This document shows, piece by piece, positions 19,701 through 28,080 of a stretch of DNA of 47,721 nucleotides. Positions within the stretch are counted from its first letter, which is position 1. The number at the start of each line of letters is the position of its first letter. Under the pieces are notes generated by a model that saw only the letters and a program-made list of their open reading frames with translations, did not search any database and was not told the DNA's origin. This DNA comes from Candidatus Rifleibacteriota bacterium (lineage in GTDB: Bacteria; Muiribacteriota; Ozemobacteria; Ozemobacterales; Ozemobacteraceae). Position numbers and translations under genes: made by a program. The stretch spans positions 1-47,721 of the forward strand of contig JBNJGH010000012.1 of assembly GCA_051747585.1 (NCBI GenBank), read 5' to 3'.

Positions 19701-20663
19701 AGGTTGCATTTTAAAATGCTTGATGCCTATATTTTTTTTGTCTACTTTTAAGAAATTCAGTTTCTCCCGGTCTTCCCGGGTAACTGGAGCCAATTTGCCG
19801 CTTTTGGGTGCCAGGCGGGTATTTACTTCTATTACCAGATTTTTTCCTATTTCATTGCGTAAATCAAAATTAAAGCATTTTTCCAGATTAGATCTTAGTT
19901 TGGATGGGGCGACCTTGTAGTTATGTAGGGAAAGATGGTTGTAGTCAGGAAAAAACTCTTCAACTTTTCTCTTGAATTTAAGGTTTAAATCATTCCTTGT
20001 GGGGCGGTAAAATAAAAAATTATAATCTGCATTTTTTAATGGTATGTATTTGCAATTTAAACTCTTATATGGTGCAAAATCAGTGGTTTTAAAATCTTTT
20101 AGCAGAACTTGTTTAAAGTTTAATGATTTCAACAGCAAACTTGCAGGCGAATTGAAACGGTAAATATCAAAATCTGCACCTTCTGTTATTAATGACAAAC
20201 AGATTTTTTTATGCCGGAATAAAACGGGGCGAGGTATATAAGAAAAAAAATCCGGTTTTGCGCCTTGAACAAAAGTCGAAAAGAAAAAGTCTTTTAAAGA
20301 AGCATGTTTTATGTGTATCTGGTGAGAGAGTGCAAGTCTTTTATCGACTTTTAATTTTGTATTGTTTTCTTTTATTAATTTAGCTTGATTGTAAGAAACA
20401 GGAAAAAGTTTCAGTCGAGCAAATCTCAATCTAGTTAAGCTTTTCTGCCGGCATGGCATGAAAAAAAACAATGATTTTCGCGAAAAACATTTTGCTTTAT
20501 CTCTACTATATTTAAGCAGAACAGGTTGATTTTTAGCAGAAAAAACAGATTTTGCAGCAAGAGTTGTCTTTCTGCGTATATCTGCAGAAGTAAATTTTGC
20601 GGCTTTAGGGCTCGGAAAATCAAAAATGAGCCGACTGTTATGGTATTTTTTGTTCAGGGTCAT
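16731..20663 (-). CDS. Giant (1310 aa) highly basic K/F/S-rich hypothetical protein
   Basis: 3.9-kb open frame in very AT-rich DNA; ATGA overlap with the upstream gene; no recognisable domain. Confidence 0.75.
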   Translation of the reverse strand: MTLNKKYHNSRLIFDFPSPKAAKFTSADIRRKTTLAAKSVFSAKNQPVLLKYSRDKAKCFSRKSLFFFMPCRQKSLTRLRFARLKLFPVSYNQAKLIKENNTKLKVDKRLALSHQIHIKHASLKDFFFSTFVQGAKPDFFSYIPRPVLFRHKKICLSLITEGADFDIYRFNSPASLLLKSLNFKQVLLKDFKTTDFAPYKSLNCKYIPLKNADYNFLFYRPTRNDLNLKFKRKVEEFFPDYNHLSLHNYKVAPSKLRSNLEKCFNFDLRNEIGKNLVIEVNTRLAPKSGKLAPVTREDREKLNFLKVDKKNIGIKHFKMQPAKFSAENARILASKNIKANRQDLKKIHKISSDSQRLEGKFICKTRATESVQKSRLALKLKLKCYAFKNITYKYESIFKKINLPCPAGLINHPTFCADYKGIKLKEKPIGKYRMDFFRTLFKPARNCRKKNRLKFLTQKHGRYSALSLKRIKLPALKKAAYKTGYNFNQLCRQSIESGDYRFRNFVHLTGIFKDFITLLARPKSFLMSVTRLSFTEIVLPMHRRKLKGQASNYWHFSTGLHKFKPMKSLENYCFKQQNLQELEFISPAPKRKRLVCNKKLRVNTPVNHSNLLLKDDFKAFELNQEKPLKASIHKTIPAVSILDGLPDQICSLLKLELNIIKFITGGKLNQTTIIEPPPWQFRTKPYFCAIKLMPFQFGFPSFCIKKIKLLTLDETSKPAITDSDDSSLKINYFHFTPKTRTFRSKYSLKEPKSWLFKNDLLRRLTRTQQAYYGSSSSVDQSFYCPPAPDKYPFSNTFRQQRPQLEKQEFDSFFGNMAEIRQDFQSFATYWFQPEVHTNFTVSEISPITGQKVTRLLVSSVSLECKTKSDKEFKYPISKRKYRTFNKNLKFNLKHSRAFKTRDSKNIFNYKPIFAFYNNFPAIKHKININLEEYQTRFRQFFFPYYPEFLNRIENKFAFFNIEEATQTQDFDPSEEFRTSNIIEFAPVGVEFKTNYACLFSHKVHSSVFFNEARISIPKPELQKYLTVKESNLTRLNYESKNQFELTSAKKEKLVRTINYEIGQKISKLSQRKVIRFAKKQKIKLYKLRLRLDSRIQPFKNFDMTAIHWVILLSNFLKIYQNKLNYSLKSPVQPDYPETNISSKLTSKFKFCSKPYSKLTTKNLFDKIDQNDLIYSITPIERGAQAYNSPDLIKSYPRNAEFSFAKLPQTTSLVLKDRLSLIKKEASPISFEPDLPESKAIKKENKKLKLFKMDDKIIKDWQFNKVKAKRSVSSKSSYHHPTTPDWYDIEMDNPSFYVDTNNNKNSKSIFS

Positions 20664-23600
20664 GAAGTGTTTTTATTGCTAAGGGTATTGAATTTTCTAC
20701 CGGTTTGATTGGCAAGATTTAAAAGATCTTTGTAGCTGATAGCTGCAATTGAAAAGGATTTTCTGTCAATGTCGGAGCCCAATTTCTGTTTGCAGGCGAG
20801 AATTCTTCTTACAAAAAATACTCTATCTTTGAAGTGTAATCTGAAAGGGGCGTGTTTAAGTTCAAAGCTGATTGGTTTAATGCTAAGAGGATGAAAAAAT
20901 AATTTTTGTGGGGCTTTGAGTTGTTGGTTCAGGCAGAATAACAGATGTTTGTAAAGTTCGTCGAGTGCAACAGGGGCGGGGACGGTTAAGTTCGTTTGAA
21001 TACTTTTTTCTGTTTCTTGCAGATTAAACTGAGGTTTGTATAGGGGATAACCTTTAGTGAGTTGTGGAAGCGGATTTTTGGGTATGAACTTATCTACAAT
21101 TTTTTTTGATTCGTCGCGATATTTCTTTTCTATTTGCTTATCTATTTTCTTTCGGGGCAACTTGATATTGTCAATTAACTCTTTTTCGTTGTTTGATGAC
21201 ATAGAGACTTCAAAAATGAGATTTCGGTGCGGAATTTTGTTTGGTATTTCCGGCTCGCAATAATTTATTCTATATGAATAGATATTAAAACCCAGATCGT
21301 GCTGATTTAATTCGTCATAAACAGAAGGAGAAAAACTGATGATTTCACCAAATTGATCTTTGGTTCCAGGTTTACAGAGCATATCAATTTGTAAATGGAA
21401 TGGCAGACAGTAAATAACAGGAGGCGGTACAAACCATTTGGGAGCCTTGATATCTGTAACATCATAATTTTCAAGATCATAATGACTCACAAATCTGCTG
21501 TTCCAGGCATGCTTGAATTCGTGTTTCAATTTAGCAGATTCAGTTAGGCTCGGGCCGGTGCATGCAAATTCCGGTTCGATTTTTGTTAGAGGCTTTTTGT
21601 AGCCTGTGAAATAAATATATTCTATAGCTGGAATTCTGGAAATAGAATTAAAAGAAATGGCAGTTCGATTAATAAGGGATTTAGGCATTTTGTTGAGTTT
21701 TAAAATATTGCTTTTCAACAAAGTAAAGTCTGGCTGATTTTCTTCTGAGTCAGTGATAAAATCTGTGCGTAAGTGCTTTCTTTTATCAGGCTCAATATAT
21801 GACCGATCCAGGTTCGGTAAAACATAGATTGGCAAAACTTCCCAACTGTATTTCGCGACGTTGCGGGGTAGCTCCAGAGAAATATTCTTGAAAATTTCGT
21901 TGGGCTTGTTAAATAAGAAGTCAAGTCGATTGGTTTCTTTGGTAAAAAAGTCTGGAACTTGTTCTGAAATGGGCAGCGTATAAAATTCACAAGGAAAGAA
22001 TTTTTTAAAGTCGAAATTGGAAGACTTCAAGCTGGATTTCAGATACTGGATCTTGTATGACGCCTTAGAAGCAGACAAGGTAAACTTGAAGTTGTAATCA
22101 AGAAGCTGAGACTCTAAAGAAATTTTTTTATTAAGAAGTTCTTTTTTATTAAAATCTTTTGAAAGAAAATTTTCCCTTTTATTTTCTTGAGTTTGACTGA
22201 AATTTCCAGGAGAACCGTCGTAGTTCCTCTTTAAATTAATTAACAAATTAAGGTCGAAGGAAAAATCGGGGGCCGAAAACAGAAAAGAAAATTTGTTTGA
22301 GAAAAATAATTCAGTATTTGCATCTTTATTGCTTTCTAAAAAATTAAAACTATCTGCAAGAATGAATTTTTTCTCTGGTTTGAAAACAGAACCGGACTTT
22401 TTGAATAGCGAGTCTTGTGTTAAACCTTCATCGAAATCTTCAGAAACCTGATCTTCTAAGAGGGGAAGAATTTCAGGGATAACTGTAGTTGTTAATTTTG
22501 GTAATTCTAGATGTGGCTCATTGGTTGCAGTTATTTCTTCTAAATCCGACAGCTTGGATGAGAAGGAATTGAGATTTGCGGAAAAGGTACAATAATCTGC
22601 GCAATAATAGTGCCTTGATTCAGCAATTGTTTCTTCTGTTTTTTCCAGTTTCTTGTTTCTTGCAAAAATATCTTCGATAAAGAACTCAGCATCTGTTTGG
22701 TCGTATTGAAATGGATAAGCAATAACAACAGGTAGATCATGGGTGATTTTTGCAGAAAAAGTCTTAGATAAACCGACAAAAATTTGCCCTTTAAATATGC
22801 ATTCATTCTCGATTTTTATTTCAAATTCGGGGGGAATAAAAAAATGGGTAACTCCACCAATAGAGTAGATTTGACTTTTTTCTTGATAAGAGAATTTTAC
22901 ATATTTTTTTGAGTCGAGACCTAGAATTTGGGAAAGAGTAGGTATTTCTTTAAATTTCTGAAAAAATTTGAAGAAAATTGGGGAAGGGTAGTTGTTGCCT
23001 TTGAGATGAAAATCGATTCCGCTTCTTGGTGTAAACGAAGTACTATTTGAAAACCTGTCGTCAAAACGATAAACGGGTTTGTTTTTTACTTCTGGTACAA
23101 ATTTTTTGTCTGTTATGCGACTCTTTTTTAAAATCTTGCTATTGAAGCAATATTTAAAAACTCGAAGGGCAGGTTTTTTATTTATTGCAACCGGAAATTT
23201 TTCTTTTATTTGTCGACTAATGCCTATAATTTGTTGCCTGTGCCCGGTAAGGCGCACCCTTATCTGGTAGGAATCTTCAGATTCCTCAAGAAAAATTTGA
23301 ATATTTTCCGGTTCGGTAAATAATCTTACAGCGGCAGTTTTTTTTATTTCGTAAAGGTAAGGAGAAAGTTTATCAAGGAACTCTCCATCAAGAGAGGGGG
23401 TGAAGTCCGTTTGAACCGGTTCTGCTTTTTGAACATCATCTGTTATTCCTGAAGATAAAAATCTATTTAAACCGGAAAAAATTTGTTTCAACAAAGAGTT
23501 TGTTTTTAAAACAATTGGTGCTGCAATGTTTTTCTGGTGTGGGAATTCTTCTGTTTCAGGGATAAAATAGAAGTTAGAAAAATTGAAAAGTTTTTTGATT

Positions 23601-24250
23601 TCAGAGCTGGTTAAATCATTGTCGGAAATTTTCTGTTCATTTAAACTTTGAGGAACCCGGTTAAATACTATGAGAGCATTTTCTCTCGTTTGAAACATAA
23701 AAGCGGGAGACTTTCTGGATATCCCGTCGAGAAGTTTTAAGCTTTTTAAGTCAGGTCTTGAAATGAATAGAGAAATTGGAGAGTTCCCGTGCCAGAGATG
23801 GTTTTGCTCGAGCAGGGCGGATGTAAGCAGACAATATTTATCGCCCGAAGGAAAATTAATGAGAATAAAATCGAAAGCAGCACGAGTTTGTATGAAAAAA
23901 TCACGTAATGCCGCATCGGTAAAAAGAGACTCGGGCGATTCAATTTTATTTGCCGGAAAAATTGATATTTTCTCTGTGTCGGTAAAGAAAAAGGTTTTCT
24001 GGTATCTCGACTGTTGATATTTTACGTTTCTGCTAATTTCGTCATAAACCTGCAGATTGATAGAATCGGGAAAAGAGTTCCTTAATTTAAGGGGAGCAGT
24101 AGAGTCGAGATCTATTACTGCAATCTTGTTTCCTGCATTGTTGAGAAAAACAGCATAATTGGCAAGTAACGATGCCTTGCCGGTGCCAGCACTTATAGAG
24201 CTGAAGAGATATACAGGAGTAAGAAAAGATGCGCTACCCATTGTATGCAC
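20660..24250 (-). CDS. 1196-aa protein: degenerate MinD/ParA-like N-terminal domain plus about 900 aa of unknown sequence
   Basis: SISAGTGKASLLANYA..GNKIAVIDLD..FDFILINFPSG..IVFNRVP; start GTG 24250 or ATG 24241. Confidence 0.78.
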   Translation of the reverse strand: MHTMGSASFLTPVYLFSSISAGTGKASLLANYAVFLNNAGNKIAVIDLDSTAPLKLRNSFPDSINLQVYDEISRNVKYQQSRYQKTFFFTDTEKISIFPANKIESPESLFTDAALRDFFIQTRAAFDFILINFPSGDKYCLLTSALLEQNHLWHGNSPISLFISRPDLKSLKLLDGISRKSPAFMFQTRENALIVFNRVPQSLNEQKISDNDLTSSEIKKLFNFSNFYFIPETEEFPHQKNIAAPIVLKTNSLLKQIFSGLNRFLSSGITDDVQKAEPVQTDFTPSLDGEFLDKLSPYLYEIKKTAAVRLFTEPENIQIFLEESEDSYQIRVRLTGHRQQIIGISRQIKEKFPVAINKKPALRVFKYCFNSKILKKSRITDKKFVPEVKNKPVYRFDDRFSNSTSFTPRSGIDFHLKGNNYPSPIFFKFFQKFKEIPTLSQILGLDSKKYVKFSYQEKSQIYSIGGVTHFFIPPEFEIKIENECIFKGQIFVGLSKTFSAKITHDLPVVIAYPFQYDQTDAEFFIEDIFARNKKLEKTEETIAESRHYYCADYCTFSANLNSFSSKLSDLEEITATNEPHLELPKLTTTVIPEILPLLEDQVSEDFDEGLTQDSLFKKSGSVFKPEKKFILADSFNFLESNKDANTELFFSNKFSFLFSAPDFSFDLNLLINLKRNYDGSPGNFSQTQENKRENFLSKDFNKKELLNKKISLESQLLDYNFKFTLSASKASYKIQYLKSSLKSSNFDFKKFFPCEFYTLPISEQVPDFFTKETNRLDFLFNKPNEIFKNISLELPRNVAKYSWEVLPIYVLPNLDRSYIEPDKRKHLRTDFITDSEENQPDFTLLKSNILKLNKMPKSLINRTAISFNSISRIPAIEYIYFTGYKKPLTKIEPEFACTGPSLTESAKLKHEFKHAWNSRFVSHYDLENYDVTDIKAPKWFVPPPVIYCLPFHLQIDMLCKPGTKDQFGEIISFSPSVYDELNQHDLGFNIYSYRINYCEPEIPNKIPHRNLIFEVSMSSNNEKELIDNIKLPRKKIDKQIEKKYRDESKKIVDKFIPKNPLPQLTKGYPLYKPQFNLQETEKSIQTNLTVPAPVALDELYKHLLFCLNQQLKAPQKLFFHPLSIKPISFELKHAPFRLHFKDRVFFVRRILACKQKLGSDIDRKSFSIAAISYKDLLNLANQTGRKFNTLSNKNTS

Positions 24251-24263
24251 ATCATATCATAAT

Positions 24264-25151
24264 TTATAATTCAATTTCCATGCCTTCTTTGGCGAAATCA
24301 GTGGCTGGAAATAATTTACGAACTTCTTTTTCGAGATTGGAAAGAAATTCATCGGTGTGAAGTGGGTCATGATGCGTTATAATCAGCCTCTTTGCTCCTG
24401 ATGCTTTGGCAACCCTTACGCCTTCGTGTGGTGTCGAGTGCCCAAAACCTTGTTTGCCCGATTCTTTGAGGTTGAATTCGTGGGGGGCATATTCCCGGGG
24501 AGTGTATTGGCCATCATAAATCAAAAGATCTGCATCTTTTGCCAGATCTAACAAATTTTTATCAATGCTACCATCAGAGGGGTGCTCACAGTCGGTTGCA
24601 ATAGTGATGACTTTGCCGTTGTCTTCGATACGGTAGCCCAGAACCCCGCTCGGGTGTATCAATTTTGCAGCAGTAAAATGAGCATTGCCGATAGAAATCT
24701 GATTCTCAAGTAAAGATTTAAAGGATATTTCAGCAGATAGATAGTTCAAATCAACCGGAAAATAATAATTATCCATTTGTCCTCTAAGGGGGCTTTCAAG
24801 CCGTTCACCTACATCCGCTGCTCCGTATAGAATAAGTTCGTTACATTCTTGTAATACTTTTTCGCCTTTTTCATTTTTTTTGCCCACATAAGCCGGTGCG
24901 AAAAATGGAAAACCTTGAATGTGATCCCAGTGTGAGTGAGTGAAAAAAATGTGAGCTTTACCTTTGCCAACACCAAAGGGGCCTTTGAGCATTTCCTGGC
25001 CGAGAACCCTGATTCCTGTACCTGCATCTATTATGACATTTTGATTGTCAGAAGTCGTAATTCCAATACAGGTAGTGTTTCCACCAAATACTACAGTTTC
25101 TTTGCCAGGTACGGGTATCGATCCTCTGACACCCCAGAATCTTATTCTCAC
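24264..25151 (-). CDS. MBL-fold metallo-hydrolase (cyclic-nucleotide phosphodiesterase/RNase Z-like subgroup)
   Basis: FWGVRGSIP, GGNT.C, DAGTG, THSHWDHIQGFPFF, HP, TDCE, GHS, HHDP; GTG start. Confidence 0.9.
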   Translation of the reverse strand: MRIRFWGVRGSIPVPGKETVVFGGNTTCIGITTSDNQNVIIDAGTGIRVLGQEMLKGPFGVGKGKAHIFFTHSHWDHIQGFPFFAPAYVGKKNEKGEKVLQECNELILYGAADVGERLESPLRGQMDNYYFPVDLNYLSAEISFKSLLENQISIGNAHFTAAKLIHPSGVLGYRIEDNGKVITIATDCEHPSDGSIDKNLLDLAKDADLLIYDGQYTPREYAPHEFNLKESGKQGFGHSTPHEGVRVAKASGAKRLIITHHDPLHTDEFLSNLEKEVRKLFPATDFAKEGMEIEL

Positions 25152-25180
25152 CTCTGAATAGCCTTTCTATCGTATTTATC

Positions 25181-26065
25181 TTATAGATACATTGATACCA
25201 TAGATTCTACAACTCTTTCCAGATCTTGTTTGTTGTAGAATTCTATTTCTATTCTTCCCTTTGCTTTTCCCTGTCTGATGCGAACTTTTGCACCAAGCAG
25301 ATCTTGCAGATTTTCTTCGACTGCCCTTATGTGTAGGTCTGCATTCATTTTGGTTTTATTATCCTTTTTGGCTAAATTAGCAGGCAGATCTTTTTTTGAA
25401 CGGGCAATCTGTTTTTCGGTTTCGTAAACCGAAAGGCCTTCTTTAATGATTTTTCTCGCCCAGTTTTTTATGTGAACAGAGTCTCTCATTCCCGCAAGCA
25501 TTTTTGCGTGGCCGGGACTGATTTTCCCATCAATTATCATTAACTGAACTTCAGAAGGAAGTTGTAAGAGTCGCAGGCGATTAGTTAGAGCTGATCGACT
25601 TCGACCAATTCTTTCGGCAAGCTGATCATGAGTAAGACCATGATTCATCAAGATCTCTTTCAAAGTTCGAGCTTCTTCAAGTGGGTTCAGGTCTTTTCGT
25701 TGAATATTTTCAATTAAACCTGCCAGCATGGTTTGTTTTTCATCGAGCTTTCTGATGACGGCCGGTATCTTTTTCAGACCCGCCATTTTACCTGCTCTGA
25801 AACGCCGTTCACCTGAAACAATTTGAAAGTTGTTGCCGATTTGCCTTACCAGAATCGGTTGCAACACCCCATTTTTTTTTATTGATTGTGCCAGTTCTTC
25901 AAGATACTGCTTTTCAAAGACCTTGCGCGGCTGACCAGGATTTGCTGTTACCTGGTCCAGAGGCAGAAAACGAAAATTCATTTCGCTTTCGCTCTCAGAG
26001 AGAGCTACGCCTTCCAGGTTATTATCGACAAAATCCTGTGTGTATTTTAGTTCATTTTTTTTCAT
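25181..26065 (-). CDS. parB: ParB/Spo0J family CTPase partition protein
   Basis: NPGQPRKVF, GVLQPILVR, GERRFRA, ENIQRKDLNPLEEA, HTH GRSRSALTNRLRLL, C-terminal GRIEIEF..DLER. Confidence 0.95.
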   Translation of the reverse strand: MKKNELKYTQDFVDNNLEGVALSESESEMNFRFLPLDQVTANPGQPRKVFEKQYLEELAQSIKKNGVLQPILVRQIGNNFQIVSGERRFRAGKMAGLKKIPAVIRKLDEKQTMLAGLIENIQRKDLNPLEEARTLKEILMNHGLTHDQLAERIGRSRSALTNRLRLLQLPSEVQLMIIDGKISPGHAKMLAGMRDSVHIKNWARKIIKEGLSVYETEKQIARSKKDLPANLAKKDNKTKMNADLHIRAVEENLQDLLGAKVRIRQGKAKGRIEIEFYNKQDLERVVESMVSMYL

Positions 26066-26104
26066 AAGTAGAGAGTCGGTATTTTTATTTATTTTTTAAG
26101 TTTA

Positions 26105-26140
26105 TGCTATATTATTAAAGAATGACAACCAATTATATCA
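26105..26140. promoter_or_regulatory. Divergent extended -10 promoters between parB and the TPR gene
   Basis: Plus TGCTATATT (26105-26113); minus TGATATAAT (26132-26140). Confidence 0.45.
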
Positions 26141-26159
26141 TAAATCTGGAGGCGGATGC

Positions 26160-27389
26160 ATGTCTGATTTCAAAATAAGAGATTTGTTTCAACCTTTGTT
26201 CCTTTTCATCCTGTTTAGCAGTGTATTTGGTGCACAAAATTTGTGGGCACAACCCATAGAATCAACTCCTGAATATCAGGCTGCAAAAGAATTTCTTGCC
26301 CAGGGAGCTTACGATTCAGCTGTCGGTGAAATTGAAAAACTAATATCCAGGCGCAAGTTTTATGGTCCGGCTATGTTAGAACTCGGAAGAATTAGACTGC
26401 AACAGGCCGAAAGAGAAATGAGCATGGCGATGACTCATTTCAGCGAAGCGGCTGATTCAATGAAGTCCGGTTTGCAGGCAGATGGCGCTTCCGGTTCGGA
26501 ATTACCCAAAACTCTTTATGAGTTAGGAAATCTCTATGAAGAGAGGCTGAAAAACTTTGTTGATGCAGCTGAAATTTACGAGCGAATCGTTTTAAATCAT
26601 CCAGGCTATTTGTCTATTGATAAGGTTTATTTTCATCTTGCTTCCTGTTATGAAAAAATGGGCAAAAAAGAAGAAGCTGCCCGAAATTATCAAATTGTTG
26701 TAGATGAGTATGGTTATAGTTCATATTATGCCGCCGCGCAGGCGAAAATGAAAGAACTTGCAGTTGGCACCAGCTTTCAAAATGGCGCAATAGAGACCCA
26801 ATCAGATATTTACCTGGATGCCAAAGCCGGTGAAGATGAAGCGCAAGCCGCACTTGATCTTGCAGATATGCATGCCCAGGCCGGGAATTATGAACAAGCC
26901 ATCGATGCCTATCAAAAAGCTGTCGATTCGGCCGAAACTCAGGAAACTGGTATAAGAGCCTATCAAAAAATGATTGATATAATGAATAGCCGCCAAAAGG
27001 ATTATGAAGGGGCAGCCAGCGCTTTAGAAGAAATGATTTCTACTTATCCCGATGCCGAAAATGTTGATAAATTTATGTTCAGACTTGGTAGAATTTACGA
27101 AGAAGATCTCGACACCCTTAATACCAGAGTCGTAGACGGAAGAGTCTTGTACCGTAAAGACCCCGAAAACGTAGAAAAAGCGATAAATTATTATAATGAG
27201 TTAACGCGTAGGTTCCCTTATGCCGATGTATCTGCTGATGCCTTTGTAAGAAAAGGCAAGCTTTACGATAAGGAACTGAAAAACTATGAAAAGGCAAGAG
27301 AATCCTACCAGGAATTTCTTAGAAGCTTCCCTCATCATAGTCAGGCAGAATCTATACGTGCCAGGCTCGAAGAAATTGAAGACTGGTAA
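26160..27389 (+). CDS. Exported TPR protein (BamD/CpoB-like repeats)
   Basis: Signal peptide ending LWA-Q; A..Y..I...YP/HP-type TPR_6 repeats; GGAGG RBS. Confidence 0.85.
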   Translation: MSDFKIRDLFQPLFLFILFSSVFGAQNLWAQPIESTPEYQAAKEFLAQGAYDSAVGEIEKLISRRKFYGPAMLELGRIRLQQAEREMSMAMTHFSEAADSMKSGLQADGASGSELPKTLYELGNLYEERLKNFVDAAEIYERIVLNHPGYLSIDKVYFHLASCYEKMGKKEEAARNYQIVVDEYGYSSYYAAAQAKMKELAVGTSFQNGAIETQSDIYLDAKAGEDEAQAALDLADMHAQAGNYEQAIDAYQKAVDSAETQETGIRAYQKMIDIMNSRQKDYEGAASALEEMISTYPDAENVDKFMFRLGRIYEEDLDTLNTRVVDGRVLYRKDPENVEKAINYYNELTRRFPYADVSADAFVRKGKLYDKELKNYEKARESYQEFLRSFPHHSQAESIRARLEEIEDW

Positions 27390-28071
27390 AGCAGTAAATA
27401 TTGCTTCACTAATTGTTTTTATTGCTTTAATTCTTGCACCTGCGGTTTGCAAGGCGGATGCGACAGTTAACGGTTTAACCGGAACCATGCTGGTGCCGGG
27501 CCTTGATATCTTGCCCCCCGGCGGTGCCAGGGCGGCTTTACACATGACGGGCACTTCTGATTTTGACCAGGCTTCTTTTAAAGGTGTATTTGCTTTCTCT
27601 GATGATTCAGAGGTTGCTGTGGTGAAAAATTTTTCCATAAGACACAATACAACTCAGACTGATCCAGTGTTTGCCGGCAAATACAAGGTAAGGCCTAACA
27701 TGGCGGTAGCTGCTATTATCGATCCAAATGAAAACTATAAAGATTCGGTTATGCTGTTGTCGGGACTCCCCGGTAACAGAGTCGTGCTCGGAGTTGGAAC
27801 AAACGTTGCAATGAATCAAAATGAAAAAAAAGCTTATTTTGGCAGATACAATGAAAGCGCTACCGAAGTCGATCCGCTTTTTTTTGTTATGGGAGCAAGT
27901 CTTAACATAGATCTTGATACAAAACTCACCATAGATTATACTGGAAATGATTTTTGTGTGGGGGTAAGACATACTTTTGATCAGAGCCTGAGCTTTGATT
28001 TCGGTTTTTATACCCCCGACCGCATTCACAACGAAAGCAGATATATTGTAGGAGCTAACTTCGGCTTTTAA
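27376..28071 (+). CDS. Putative outer-membrane beta-barrel, YjbH-like
   Basis: Signal peptide, NGLTGTMLVPGLDILPPG N-terminal motif, alternating strands, C-terminal VGANFGF. Start inferred at TTG 27376 (ORF track 27286). Confidence 0.65.
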   Translation: MKTGKAVNIASLIVFIALILAPAVCKADATVNGLTGTMLVPGLDILPPGGARAALHMTGTSDFDQASFKGVFAFSDDSEVAVVKNFSIRHNTTQTDPVFAGKYKVRPNMAVAAIIDPNENYKDSVMLLSGLPGNRVVLGVGTNVAMNQNEKKAYFGRYNESATEVDPLFFVMGASLNIDLDTKLTIDYTGNDFCVGVRHTFDQSLSFDFGFYTPDRIHNESRYIVGANFGF

Positions 28072-28080
28072 TATAAAATT

